Below, in pieces: positions 27,769-38,723 of a DNA stretch of 64,000 bases. The translations under genes were made by a program, and so were the position numbers. The notes beneath the pieces are model-generated. The model had not been told where the DNA came from. It ran no database searches and saw only the letters and a list, made by a program, of their open reading frames with translations. Position 1 is the first letter of the stretch. Each line of letters opens with the position of its first letter. The DNA is from Protoeuglena noctilucae (lineage: Eukaryota). The stretch spans positions 310,001 to 374,000 of the forward strand of contig OY253685.1 of assembly GCA_958009085.1 (NCBI GenBank), written 5' to 3'.

Positions 27769-28569
27769 GTGCACGAGCCGCACATCGAGCTTTTGAGGTG
27801 ACTGACTGGCGTTGAGAGGGCGGGGAAGAGCTGCGCGCAGGCTGGGCCTTGCAGCTGGTTGGGTGGGGTGCGGAACGCAAAGTGGCAGCCTGTCCCAATA
27901 CGACACCCCGACGACTGTCTCCCTCGCAGGCTGCCCCGACGTCTTCAGTGCATGCCATGGTGCATGCCATACGCATGGAGATCTCCACATGTCTTCATGC
28001 GACCGCGACTGTGACCTTGCGACATCCGACGGTGCGACAGGACCTGAAGGTAGCATGACGGGGACGATTCCTCGTAGCTTGGAATGCAGACGGTATGGCA
28101 GATGGGTCAACCGACGGAGGGGTCCGACGACGGACGACCGTGTGCATGCTTGGGCAAGAGCTCCGTCCAGCGACTGAGTTGATCGAATCGTCATACACAT
28201 ATCGGCAGAACACGTTCTATACTGACGTACGTGACGCACCAACACATGCCTGAACGGGGCATGGCCAGGTGGCGCCAGCAATGTCACCTCCCACATCGGT
28301 GTTACTTCAGCTTCATGCTGACGGACAATCACTGCAACGGTGTCACTGATTAATCACCATCACTGACTTACGATCGTCACGCTGACGGCACAGGACGATT
28401 GGGTCGCATGGCACGTGACAGTCACTTGTCTGTTCGGCCGGCACTCACCAACTTTGACCACGATACTTGCGTCACGATGGGGCGCGAACTGCACATCCTT
28501 CAACACATTAGCGGCCTGCGAGACGCTGGACACACATGCAAGACTCGCATCCCGCTTAGACGGCCACCT

Positions 28570-31500
28570 CTAGACACGTTCTCTCGCATCCACTGCACAC
28601 GTCCCCGTCACTCTCGCGGGCAGCTGCAAGTGCAGGGGCCCCGCCAGTCGCCCCGCCCACGTGGGACCGGGAACGCCGTGCTGGGTCTGCTGGATGGGCC
28701 GCAAGCTCCCACGCACCGGCGACGGCGACGCGGCACCGGGTCGGCCACGGCCCAAGCCGCACCCTGCCGCCGCCTGCATCCCACTGGCACCACCATCTGG
28801 CACCAGCGCCAGCGCGCCGTCGACGCTGGAGGACACCACCCCGCGCCGGGAGCGGCGGCGCTGCTTCCCGCCCTCGGCCGTCCCAGGCCGCTGCGACCCT
28901 TCCATGCCTCGCGCCCCCACACCGCTCCGACTGTCCCCCACGTTCCCTCGCCCATCGTCGTCCCCCTCCTCCGCTCCGCCGTCACTCTCCACGGGAGCCC
29001 CCAAGCTCCGGCGCACACCACCCCTCACGCCCATGCCGTGCAGTGGAGGCAGAGGGCCCGGATGCTCCCTCTGGCACGGCGCGCCCACAGGGGAATGTGC
29101 GCCGTGGCCTGAGGGTCCCGTCCCGACCTCCACGCACGACAGCGCACCCTGGCGCCCACGCTCGCCCCTCGCATCCAACGCCTCGGCCTGTGACAGGGCC
29201 GCCCGTGGCCCCCGCGCCAGTCCCCGCCGGGCCAGAGGTGGGGGGAGGTGCGGGGGGCGGCCCTGTCCCGGCGCCCGTCCGTCAATGCCGAGCCCCAGGA
29301 CGGCAAGGCCCCCATCTGCGCCCCCTGCCCGCGGCCCCTCCTCATGCCCGTCGCTGAACCCCCGCTGGGTGCGCCGCACACGCACACCCTCCACACGCGT
29401 GACGGACCCCTCGCGTGCCTCCGCCCGGCCGCGCTCCGCCGCCGGAGTCACCCAGGGGCCGTCCGACTCCCCCTCGCTCGCCCGCAGCCCGCTTCCCTCA
29501 TCGCTGACGCGCTGTGATCGCCCCGCCCCCTCTAAGGCCATGCCGGTGCCCAAGGGGTGCCACCCAACAGGAGGGCTGCCCAACAGGGTGAGTGTGTCGA
29601 GCTCGCCCACCGCGTCCCCCGCGTACTCGGACAAGGCCCGGCGGTGTGCGGTGGACGGGCGCCCGGTCCTGGCACGGGCACGCACGGGCGGGAGGGCGTG
29701 GGCGGGGTCGCGCCCAGAGACGGACGATGGGGCGGACGGGGTGCGGGAGCTGGGCGCGGTGGGTGAGGGCGACGCGTGACGGGTCGCCCCGCCCAGCGCC
29801 ACAGCAAGTGGCGGGAGGGGTGGTGGGAGCGCAGGGCCCTCGGTCAGGCGCCAGTGCAGAGTGACAGGCACCGCGCTATCCAGGTGGCCATCCGCGGTGT
29901 CATGGAAGCATGCCGGGAGTGCAGCGGCGGAAGCCCCCTGGCGCCCTCTGCCCGACGCCATCAGGCTGACGTCAGGCTGCCAGTCCCTTTCGCACGGACT
30001 CGGGGCGGACAGGAAGCTCTCAACGACGTCCCCGCCCGTTGCCCGTTCGCAGGACGCCCTGCCGCTGCCGTGACTTTCGCCGCGGCCCCCGCGCCCCTTT
30101 TGTCCCCTCTCCATGCCACCCGCAGCCTCACTCGACATCGTCCCCAGGGACAAGGACCGCAACATCCCGCCGACGCGCCCGTCCGCAGGCCTTTCCGTAA
30201 GCCCCGCAACCTCAGACGGCCCCGCGCTGGAACCTCCCTCGGCAGTGCCACCGCCAGCCCCTGGCTCGGCATCGTCGTCACAGGCCCGCGAGTCGTGACG
30301 GTCCATGTCCCGCACAGCCGCCTCCCCTTCGTAAAAGTCAGCCTCCGTGATGTATGCCTTCGCAGGCTGCACCCTGCAAGCGCGGAAAGACGAGCAATCG
30401 TCAGGAAACACCAGGACGCTGTGCTACGCTGCCTTCATTCGAGGGATGCATGGCTGCCAGAGCAGCTGCAGCTCTTGCCTGGGATCGTTGCCCTCCCACG
30501 ATGTCTCCGGCTGCAGCAGGTCCAAGACTGGGTTCGGCTTCTTGGGCTGCAAGTGGAACTACACGCAGGCCGTCCTCATCACCGGCAAAGACCGAGAGGG
30601 CCAGCTGCACGGGTCAGCATTTGCATATCCTGCCGCTCCTCACCGGCGCTGCCTCCGGGGCACTAACTTTGGCAGGGGAAGCGCTGTCCACCTCCTCAGC
30701 GACAGGCAAGGCCCACGTGGGGTCGTCGCGCTGGCTCGCCACCTTCCGCCCATCGCGCAGCTGCCCGCGCCCGGGGACGTCAATCGCTCCGGCAGAAGCA
30801 CGCTGCAGGGGCGCCGGTGGTTGCGCAGGTGAAATTACATTGCACACAGGGCATAAGATATTCAAAGGGACCTACATCGCGACGGGTGTCACCTTGACTA
30901 CGCGCTGCCTGGGCGTGTTGTCGGCCCCCACCGCCGTCGTCTGTCGACGCGCCAAGAGTGCCACCCGAGGGACGCCGGCAGCATCCGCGGGGGGCGCTAC
31001 GTCCGGGATCGGCACTCCCAGCTCCGCGGCCTTGGCACTGGGGGCAAGGTCGCAAGGGGCGCTTGGCGGGTCGAAGCTGAAAGCCTATCGCCTCCCAGCT
31101 GCGCCGATGCATGGCAGGCAAGTCGCCGCACGCCACCGAGTAACAGAACGCAGCCGGCGCGCTCACTCACCGCACGGCCTTGAGCTGGAGGAGCCCGGCT
31201 ACGTCGGGACGCTGGGCAGGTCGGCGCTGGAGGCACCGACGAACGAAGGCGACGAGGTCTGGTGAGTAACCCACCACCGGAGGGATGGGGGAGCCCATGA
31301 TGGCGAGGACGAGCGCGGCATGGTTTGTGGCCTGTGAGGGAGGACGGAGGCGCAGGTCGTCTGCTAGCGCTGGCATGGGGCAGGACTGGCGGGGCGGATG
31401 GCGCGGTGGCGGCCTCACCTGGAAGGGGAAGGAGCGCATGCACATCTGGAACGCGAGGACGCCGACCGCCCACACGTCCACCTTGGACGTGTAGGGCTCA

Positions 31501-32201
31501 TTGCGGCAGAGCTCGGGGGCCAAGTAGAAGGGCGTGCCCACGACGGTGCGCGCCAGGCTGGTGCTCGTGCCCAGCACGCGTGCCACGCCCATGTCGGCCA
31601 GCTTGACGTCGCCGCGGGCGTCGAAGAGGACGTTCAACGCCTTGACGTCTCGGTGCAGCGTGCGGTGCTCGTGGTGCATGTGGTGCAGCCCGCTTAGGAT
31701 CTGCAGGAGCACGCGCCAGATGGCCTCCTCCGGGATGGGCTGCAGGTGAGGAGGGCAGCGTGTCATGCGGATACTTGGCCGGAAGCTCCCTTCATGCTTG
31801 TCCGCGCACCTTGCCCTCCCGCGTCGCTCGGTCAATGAGGCTCTGCAGAGACCCTCCCTGGGCATACTCCATGACGATGTACAGATTGTCGTCGTGGAGG
31901 AACGAGTCGTAGAAGCGGACGATGTAGGGGTTGTGCATCCTCGAGAGGACTCTGCACTCCGCGACGCAGTCGTCGCGCTCCGCGTAGGACATCCCGGAGA
32001 GCGCGATCTCCTGCGGTCGCGACCAGGCTCGCTCGGATATGCGCTCCGTTGGACAGTGCAGCTGGGAGCTGGCTGCGCGCTCCGCACCTTCAGCGCGTAC
32101 AGCTTGCCATCGTGTCGCCTCCGGACTGCATAGACGCAGCCGTAGCTCCCCGAGCCTATGCGCGAGACCCGCTCGAAGTCGCTATACTTGGAACGGCCCA
32201 T
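28570..32201 (-). CDS. NIMA-related (NEK/CNK) Ser/Thr kinase with long disordered tail
   Basis: IGSGSYG, YALK, HRDVKALNV, DMGVARVL, ARTVVGTPFYLAPELC, KVDVWAVG. Confidence 0.9.
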
Positions 32202-32914
32202 GGGGCTGCCCCAGGTGACCCGAGCCCATCGAGCAAAGGCAGGTTGGCGCTAAGGCGCTAACGTCGCCTTCGACACCAGCTCCGAAACGATAGGATCCAG
32301 ACCGGCAGGGGTTTGTGTCACCCGCGTCCGTGGGTCGCACGCTACGCCAGCTGCACCATGTTATCAGCCATCCGGCATGTGAGGCGTCTCAGGGAGCAAT
32401 CAAAGGCTACTCGCTTCGAACGCACATTACGTTCAGCGAGAGGCGTCGAATATCGACGCGTGAACGGCTCAAACAGCGTTCCCTGTCCCCAAAAACGCGT
32501 CCCCGAGCCAAGGCGCCTAAACCGCGGAAGCAAGCGGCACGCTGAGGCGCCTACGACAACACCGATTTCGAATGGCACACACGATGGAGTCGCGACGGCT
32601 GAAAACCGGTCCCGGTCGCCGCGCGGGCGCGCGCCAGCTGGCACCCGTACCCGAGCACGAAGGTCTGACAGCCGTTAATCGCGGGCCACATCCAGTCCGC
32701 CGACGCTGTCGCGTGCAATTGTCATAGTTGCGACATCAGCAGCTGAGAGCCTGGATCGCTTGCCTCATTTGGATACCGGTGGCAGAGTGAAGCTTTCGCC
32801 GATCTGCAGCTGCCTTCCTGTCGCTGTGGGCCAGCAAACCTTCGGTGCCCAGCGGCGGAGACAGGGGAGGCGCCTGCCTCAAGGGGGGGGGGAGCGTGAC
32901 GCACGGCAGCAGCC

Positions 32915-33586
32915 ATGTCGATCACGAAGGACGTCACCACCGATGAGAAGTGGAGGGAGGAGGTCTTGGAGAGTCCGGGGGGATTGAAGGGTGACGCCTA
33001 TGCGGATGGCGGGCATGCGGGCGGGGCAGCACATGGGCAGGCAAAGTGAAGGTCACGGTTGCATGCCCGCTGGTTCCACGCAGTCGTGGAGGTTTACCAG
33101 GACTGGTGTGGACCGGCCAAGTCCTTGGAAGCCACGTTCAAGGTGAACTGAGGGCGGCCTGCCTGCTTCCCTGCACACGCATGTGAACGGCCCCGTCCGT
33201 CGCGCAGCAGCCACGCGGCGCAAGAGCGTCGTTCACGCATGTAGAGGAGCGTAATTGCATCCAAACCCGACCTTTCCGGCAGCGCTTCTACTTCGACAAC
33301 TCGACCAAAGCCATCGGCTTCATCACGGCGAGTTCACGCGGCATCAAAGACCTGGCCAAGTACGCGGACGTGTGCGAGCCGGTGTTCCAGTTCTACATCA
33401 AGGTGAGGGGCTCCAACCGATTGCAGCCCATCGCGGCTGTCGTCTCTCGGGACCATGGATTGCGTCACGTTTCAAGGCTCGCCGTACCCGCAGGGGAAGA
33501 AGGAGGCGGAAGTCACGGGGTGTGACCTGCCGAAACTCATGAACACGCTTAACGAGATGGCCGCGAGACCGGAGGTGGCTGGCTAG
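32915..33586 (+). CDS. Small thioredoxin-fold protein resembling outer-arm dynein thioredoxin light chains / the NME8-9 TRX domain; absent from the ORF track
   Basis: Four exons (32915-32990, 33084-33142, 33283-33402, 33494-33586) give MSITKDVTTDEKWREEVLESPGGLKVVEVYQDWCGPAKSLEATFKRFYF...KYADVCEPVFQFYIKGKKEAEVTGCDLPKL. Confidence 0.85.
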
Positions 33587-33597
33587 CCTCTTGGGTG

Positions 33598-36503
33598 TCA
33601 TGCGCCCCAGCTGGGCAGGGCACCCGCCTTGGGCAGCTGCGCTTTCTTCTGGCCCGGCGACGCGGTCTCCGCCGGCCTCTTGGCGTCCGGCTCCGCGTCC
33701 TCGGTGTGCTTGGGCTGCTGCGGCTGTTGCGCACAAGGGAGCGGCCGTGTGAGCTTGGTGAACAGGGCACTGTTGTCGTGAACCACCCAGCACGCGTCCG
33801 GACAACTGTCCCTGTGAACGCCTCACCAAGCTGAACTCAGACGCCCCCTGCAACTCCTTGCGCCAGTCGTCCTTGACCGCTGCATCCCCAAACGTGATCC
33901 CTGCGGCCGCGTCCATTTGCTCCAGCATGCGGATTCTGGCAACCAGATCCGACCCCAGCGCAGCCATGGCTCCTCCCGTGCCAGCGATCTCTGCCATGCG
34001 ACCTGAGATGGTCTGCGGAGGCAGAGAGGGGAACACATGACGCCCGAGAGCCCAGCTTCAATGACGGCCACAGGCATGGCATTACCTTGTTCAGAGGCGC
34101 CTTGCCCGCGTGGGGCCGGTCCACGCGGGCCGTGGCGCGGACGGACCGGGACAGGCTCGCCGCAAAGGCGGGGTCGTCATCCCACGTGGCGGCCGGCTCG
34201 TTGCGCCCGAGCACGAACTTGTGCTTGACGCTCCCCGCCGCAAAGTACACGGCGTGTTCCTGGCCCTCGAGGTCGAGCCGGACGCCGAGATGGTCGTCCA
34301 GGGCGTAGTCCCGGCACCCAGCTCCCGGTCCCCCCCTCAGCGTCTCTGTGATCTCGCCGGCGCGCGACAGAACCATGCCCGTGCCTTCCAAGGCGTTGTA
34401 CGTGACCATGAGCTGCCCGTTGGGGTACTGCACGCACCCGCTCCCGTCCACGTCGAAGGTCAGTGCCAGGGAGCCTGCGGGGCAGACACGAGGGGGCGCT
34501 ACGTGACTAGCTTAGCTTCCCTCGGCGGGGCTGATGATACCGCGTCCCTTGCACCACCCCAACCGCCACTGCAGATTGCCCCTTGCCTGAGTTGCGGTAC
34601 ATGGCCATCATGGAGTAGACGACGCGCCCCCCCGATACGGACGAATTCACCGACACGGCCATGGCGTCATCGGGGTAACGCGCCATCGCCGAGCCGTCCC
34701 CCTTCACCATGACCGCCTGGGTGCCGGCGCTTTCGCCCTCGTACTGCAAGGGAGCGGGACACGTGGTGCCTTAAAAATGCAGCGGCAATGGCGGTGATCT
34801 TGCAGGCGGATCCGCGGCCACCTACGCACCTTGGCCTCGAACTTGACGGCGTGGGCATTCGGGTCCATGTCGGCCGTGACGATGGCGCTGCTGAGCTTCT
34901 TCGGGTCGCGAGCCACGCGTGGGGGGCCCTTGATGGAGGGGTCCGTGAGAGCAGGGAGGATCCCCTGAACCAACTCCAGCGCTGCGACCCAGCGCAAGGG
35001 GCATGGTGCGTCAGGCCACGGGACCCACACCACGAGCATGCTTGGCTTGACCCACCCCTCACCGTTCACGCCCTCGGGGACCTCGATGACCTTCTCCTGG
35101 CGCGGCCCCGCCTTGGCTCCTGTGTCTGCAAGAGGGCACGCCAGCGAGCGAGCGTGAATAGTCCACGGCGTTCCCCGCCCCGCACGCGATGCAGCGCTTC
35201 CGTGACCAAGCGCCGCACTCATGTGGCGTTCTCACCGATTCGGCTCTTGACGCCCGTGTACAGACCCTTCCTCGACACGTTGCCCCCCGTAGTCGCGAGG
35301 TTGCGCTCCAGGAGGCTTCGATCGAAGCTGGGGGAGCGAGTGCAGAGTTTGAAACGATCGGATTGCAGTCCCTTGCCCTCGGCGTCTCCAGCTACTACAG
35401 AGGCACAAGCGCCTCTGCCTACCTCTGCTGCTTGGCGAGGCGGAGGTCCTCCGCCGTGCGCTCCAGGGTGCCTTCCACGGCACTCGCGATGCCGGGCGAG
35501 CCTGCTGATTCTGGCGCGCTGGACACCTGAGGCGTGAGATGCGGTCATGTCGGGCATCGCACACCCTCTGAGGGTGGCACATGCCACAGTGCCACCCAGC
35601 CTCAGCGGCCGACCCACCTGGTGTGCGGCCAGGGCGGAGAGGTCTGGCGCGCGCTCTGCCCCGGCCCGCTCAGCCGCAGTGATGGGCTTGCCGTCCAACA
35701 GCTCAAGGTCTGGGCACGCCCTTGCCACCGCTGCCCTGTAGGTGGGCTCGTCAATGGCGTCGACACCAGGGTTGGGGCGCAATGCGAGGGCACGCAGGCA
35801 GGGGCATGCGCTCAGCCGTTGGAGCTCGCCGATGTCCGTGATCTGCACTCAGATCACAAACGGGGGTTGAATGAAAGACCACTTGCAAGACTGTTCGGCT
35901 GCAGAGGAGTGGGCCGGCACAATCTCACCTGGTTGTTGTTGATCCACAGCTCTGCAAGCGCTGGCAGACCCTCGAGACCTTGGAGGGACGACAGCGCGTT
36001 GAAGGACAGCTTGAGGACGCGCAGCTCGGGCAAGCTGGCTCCCTCCAGCGACCGAATCTTGTTCCTGCGTGAGGCCTCGTGCCCCCGTGTGTGCGGGGCA
36101 GATTCCCTGCACCTCGCGCTCAGTTAAGCCGCGGCGCTCACCTCATCGCGTTCAGGGTCCGCAGCTGCTTCAGGCTCAGTCCCGCCAGGCTCCTCAGGTT
36201 GTTGAGCGCAACGTTGAGCGACTGCAAGTTCTCCGCCTTCTCCAGGTCTCCGATGTCCGCTATGCCCTTGTTCGAAAGCGTCAGCTCTTGCACCGTTGCC
36301 AAGCTGGCGCCGAACGACGCCTCCCGGACCATCTGGGGGCCAGCCAAGTCGCGACATGGCTGAGGAAATCGACCTAGAGCCAACCGATGGAGCACGAGCA
36401 CGCCATGGCGATGTTAGGGAATTGATGTCACGGGTGCGATGCACGAGCGCGTCGCCCGCGACCCCGGACGCATCGGGGTCCTCGCCTTTTCCGTGACGCG
36501 CAT
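33598..36503 (-). CDS. Leucine-rich-repeat protein with C-terminal FAM194/ERICH6-like beta domain
   Basis: SDS22-type LRRs (LTLSNKGIADIGDL, LNVALNNLRSLAGL) and LRR cap (LRPNP...YRAAVARACPDLELLDG); C-terminal ARYPDDAMAVSV...LALTFDVDGSGCVQYPNGQ. First exon is tentative. Confidence 0.72.
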
Positions 36504-36905
36504 GGTGCCTAAAAATCCGCCGTCGGCCGTTGGCCGGGCAGGTCACCGCAGGCTAGAGTACGCCTCCCAACCCTCTATGCAGCTTTCAGAGAATTGCTGG
36601 GCACGCAATCTCTTGCGTGCACTCCGAGGCACAAGCCTCGTCACTTGCGCGTGTTCGTGGACCAAAGCGTTTTCGACAAAGCTAGATATAGCCACCGCTC
36701 CTTGGGTTTCGCCGCGCGTGGTCCGAGGAACGCCAGCACTGCGCCAGTACAAGTGCGCGCTCGTAGCAGCGAACCGAGGCACCGGTACGCGCATCGCCGT
36801 GGAGTTCGGGTCTAGTGGCTTCCTCGTCCGTCGCATGGGGCTGTCCGGGGCCGAGGGTGTCGGTGCCGGCGTGGCGGGGGAAACGGGAAGTCCCCGAAGC
36901 CAGGC

Positions 36906-38246
36906 ATGACCCACAGTCGCGCTACGTACATCTTTCATGAGGACATTCCCTGCCAGTCCACGGAGGTTGACATTTTGGTGAGCCAATCTCGCGTGCAGGG
37001 TCTCGCATGCGCAGCGGTGGAAGAAACGAAGCGCCTGGGCATCGTTGCTCGTGGGTTTAGGACGGTTAGAGGAAGGATTTGGGCAGTTTCGTGGGCAGCA
37101 TCTGCCGCAGGACAGCCTGGACCACGCGATGACGTCGATCGAGTCCTTCCGCCTGGCCCTGTCGCGCCAGCGCAAGGGGGAGGCATGCGACGGGAAATCT
37201 CGCGAGGAGCAGCCCACTGGCGACCGGCGATGGGACGAGGAGGTCGCCGACGTCATGATGCGGGGCGCCTCCACGTCCGGCTGCCGGCCCACTCTCAAGA
37301 CCCGGATGCCGGGCAGACGCTTTCATCGCCTGGCTCAGTCGCTGTGGAGGGGCCTCCGCCACTGCGCCGCCAAAACCCTAGGCGAGACTTTCTCTCACCA
37401 GGCTCCCATGTGCTCCTGTGCCAGGGGGGCACCACATCACCCCCACCAGTACATTTTTTGCCCCCAGAGGACGACGACCTGGCGAAGGACAAGCCGCTGG
37501 CAGCGGCCGAAATGCATGCGCAGCGGTGCGCAAACATGGACATCAAAGGCTGCTCGACGGGTCCAGCATGGGGCGAGGAGGACGAAGGCAGCGACGCGCG
37601 CGTACCTGCCAAGGACACGTTCCCCTCGCTCCCCACCTCGCCCTCCGCGCAGCCCGTGCAGGACAACTCGAGCAGCGACGAGGGTGCGGTGGCGCATGAG
37701 GAATGCACGTGGGGTTTTCGCCTCGGCATGGCAGAAGTTGCACACATACTTCCGTGACCCCTCCAGGGACCAGCTCCACGCCATCGCCCGTCGATCAGCC
37801 AGGCGACCCCCCGTCCGAGGACGCGAGGAGCTCTCCCGAGCCACTGGCGGCCAGGGACGTGTCCCCGCAGAACCTCGACCATCACTGGCAGGACGCTGCG
37901 GCCTGCGAGCGTGAGGCAGCTGCTTCGCCTCCGATGCCCCTGCACACCATGAAAGCCATCCTCGGCGTCGCGAAGGGGGCGAACGCCAGCCTGCACAAGG
38001 AGGTCCGACGGATGGAGGAGGAGGACCGCGCGCGCTGCCTGGGCCTCGGGCGATTTGTGGCCCACGACGCCAGGTCTGAGCGGATGCAGGTGGCGCGCGC
38101 CCTGCACGAGGAACTGTCGCGCGAGATTGAGCTGCGGTGAGGGGAAGGGTCGCATGCGCTGCATCTGCACGCTTGTGCAGTCACGCCCACGGCTCTCCGG
38201 ACCGCCGCTGCCGCTCGCCCTCCCAGGGTCCGGAAGATGGAGCTGA
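36906..38246 (+). CDS. Hypothetical multi-exon protein
   Basis: Coding-like exons with splice signals (DSLDHAMTSIESFRLALSR; HKEVRRMEEEDRARCLGLG...LHEELSREIEL). Boundaries are uncertain. Confidence 0.45.
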
Positions 38247-38723
38247 CCTGGCTCGCCCGGCTGCACGATTACGCGGGGCAGGCGCTGTTCCGGCGGGAGT
38301 TCTGACGCTCCAATGTCAGTACACAGCCGCGGATCAAAAAGGCGAACATCGACGCTCGCCTCCTGTAGCCCGCGTGGACACGCCGCGTCGCAGGCGTGCT
38401 TTGCCACGGGCCTGGGGCCACAGCGCACGGAAAACCGGCCCCAACCGACTTCGCACGCACTGCCCTGCCTATCGCATCGTGAATCGTGATTTACTTCCAT
38501 GATATGCTACGAGCCACGCTGAACCCCCTCCAATCCTCGAGCTCTGAATTTTAGCGGGCTCGGCGGCACGCAGCAAGCGCACCGCAGCCCCCTGGACCCC
38601 TCATACAATCGTGAGTATCGGAAAATACGTGGGGGGAGGATACCCGCAGCGGGGTCGCGTGGGGTTGGTCGTTTATGCATCTGGGCTTTCACACGTGGCT
38701 TTCGCGCAGGGTTGGTGCAAGAA

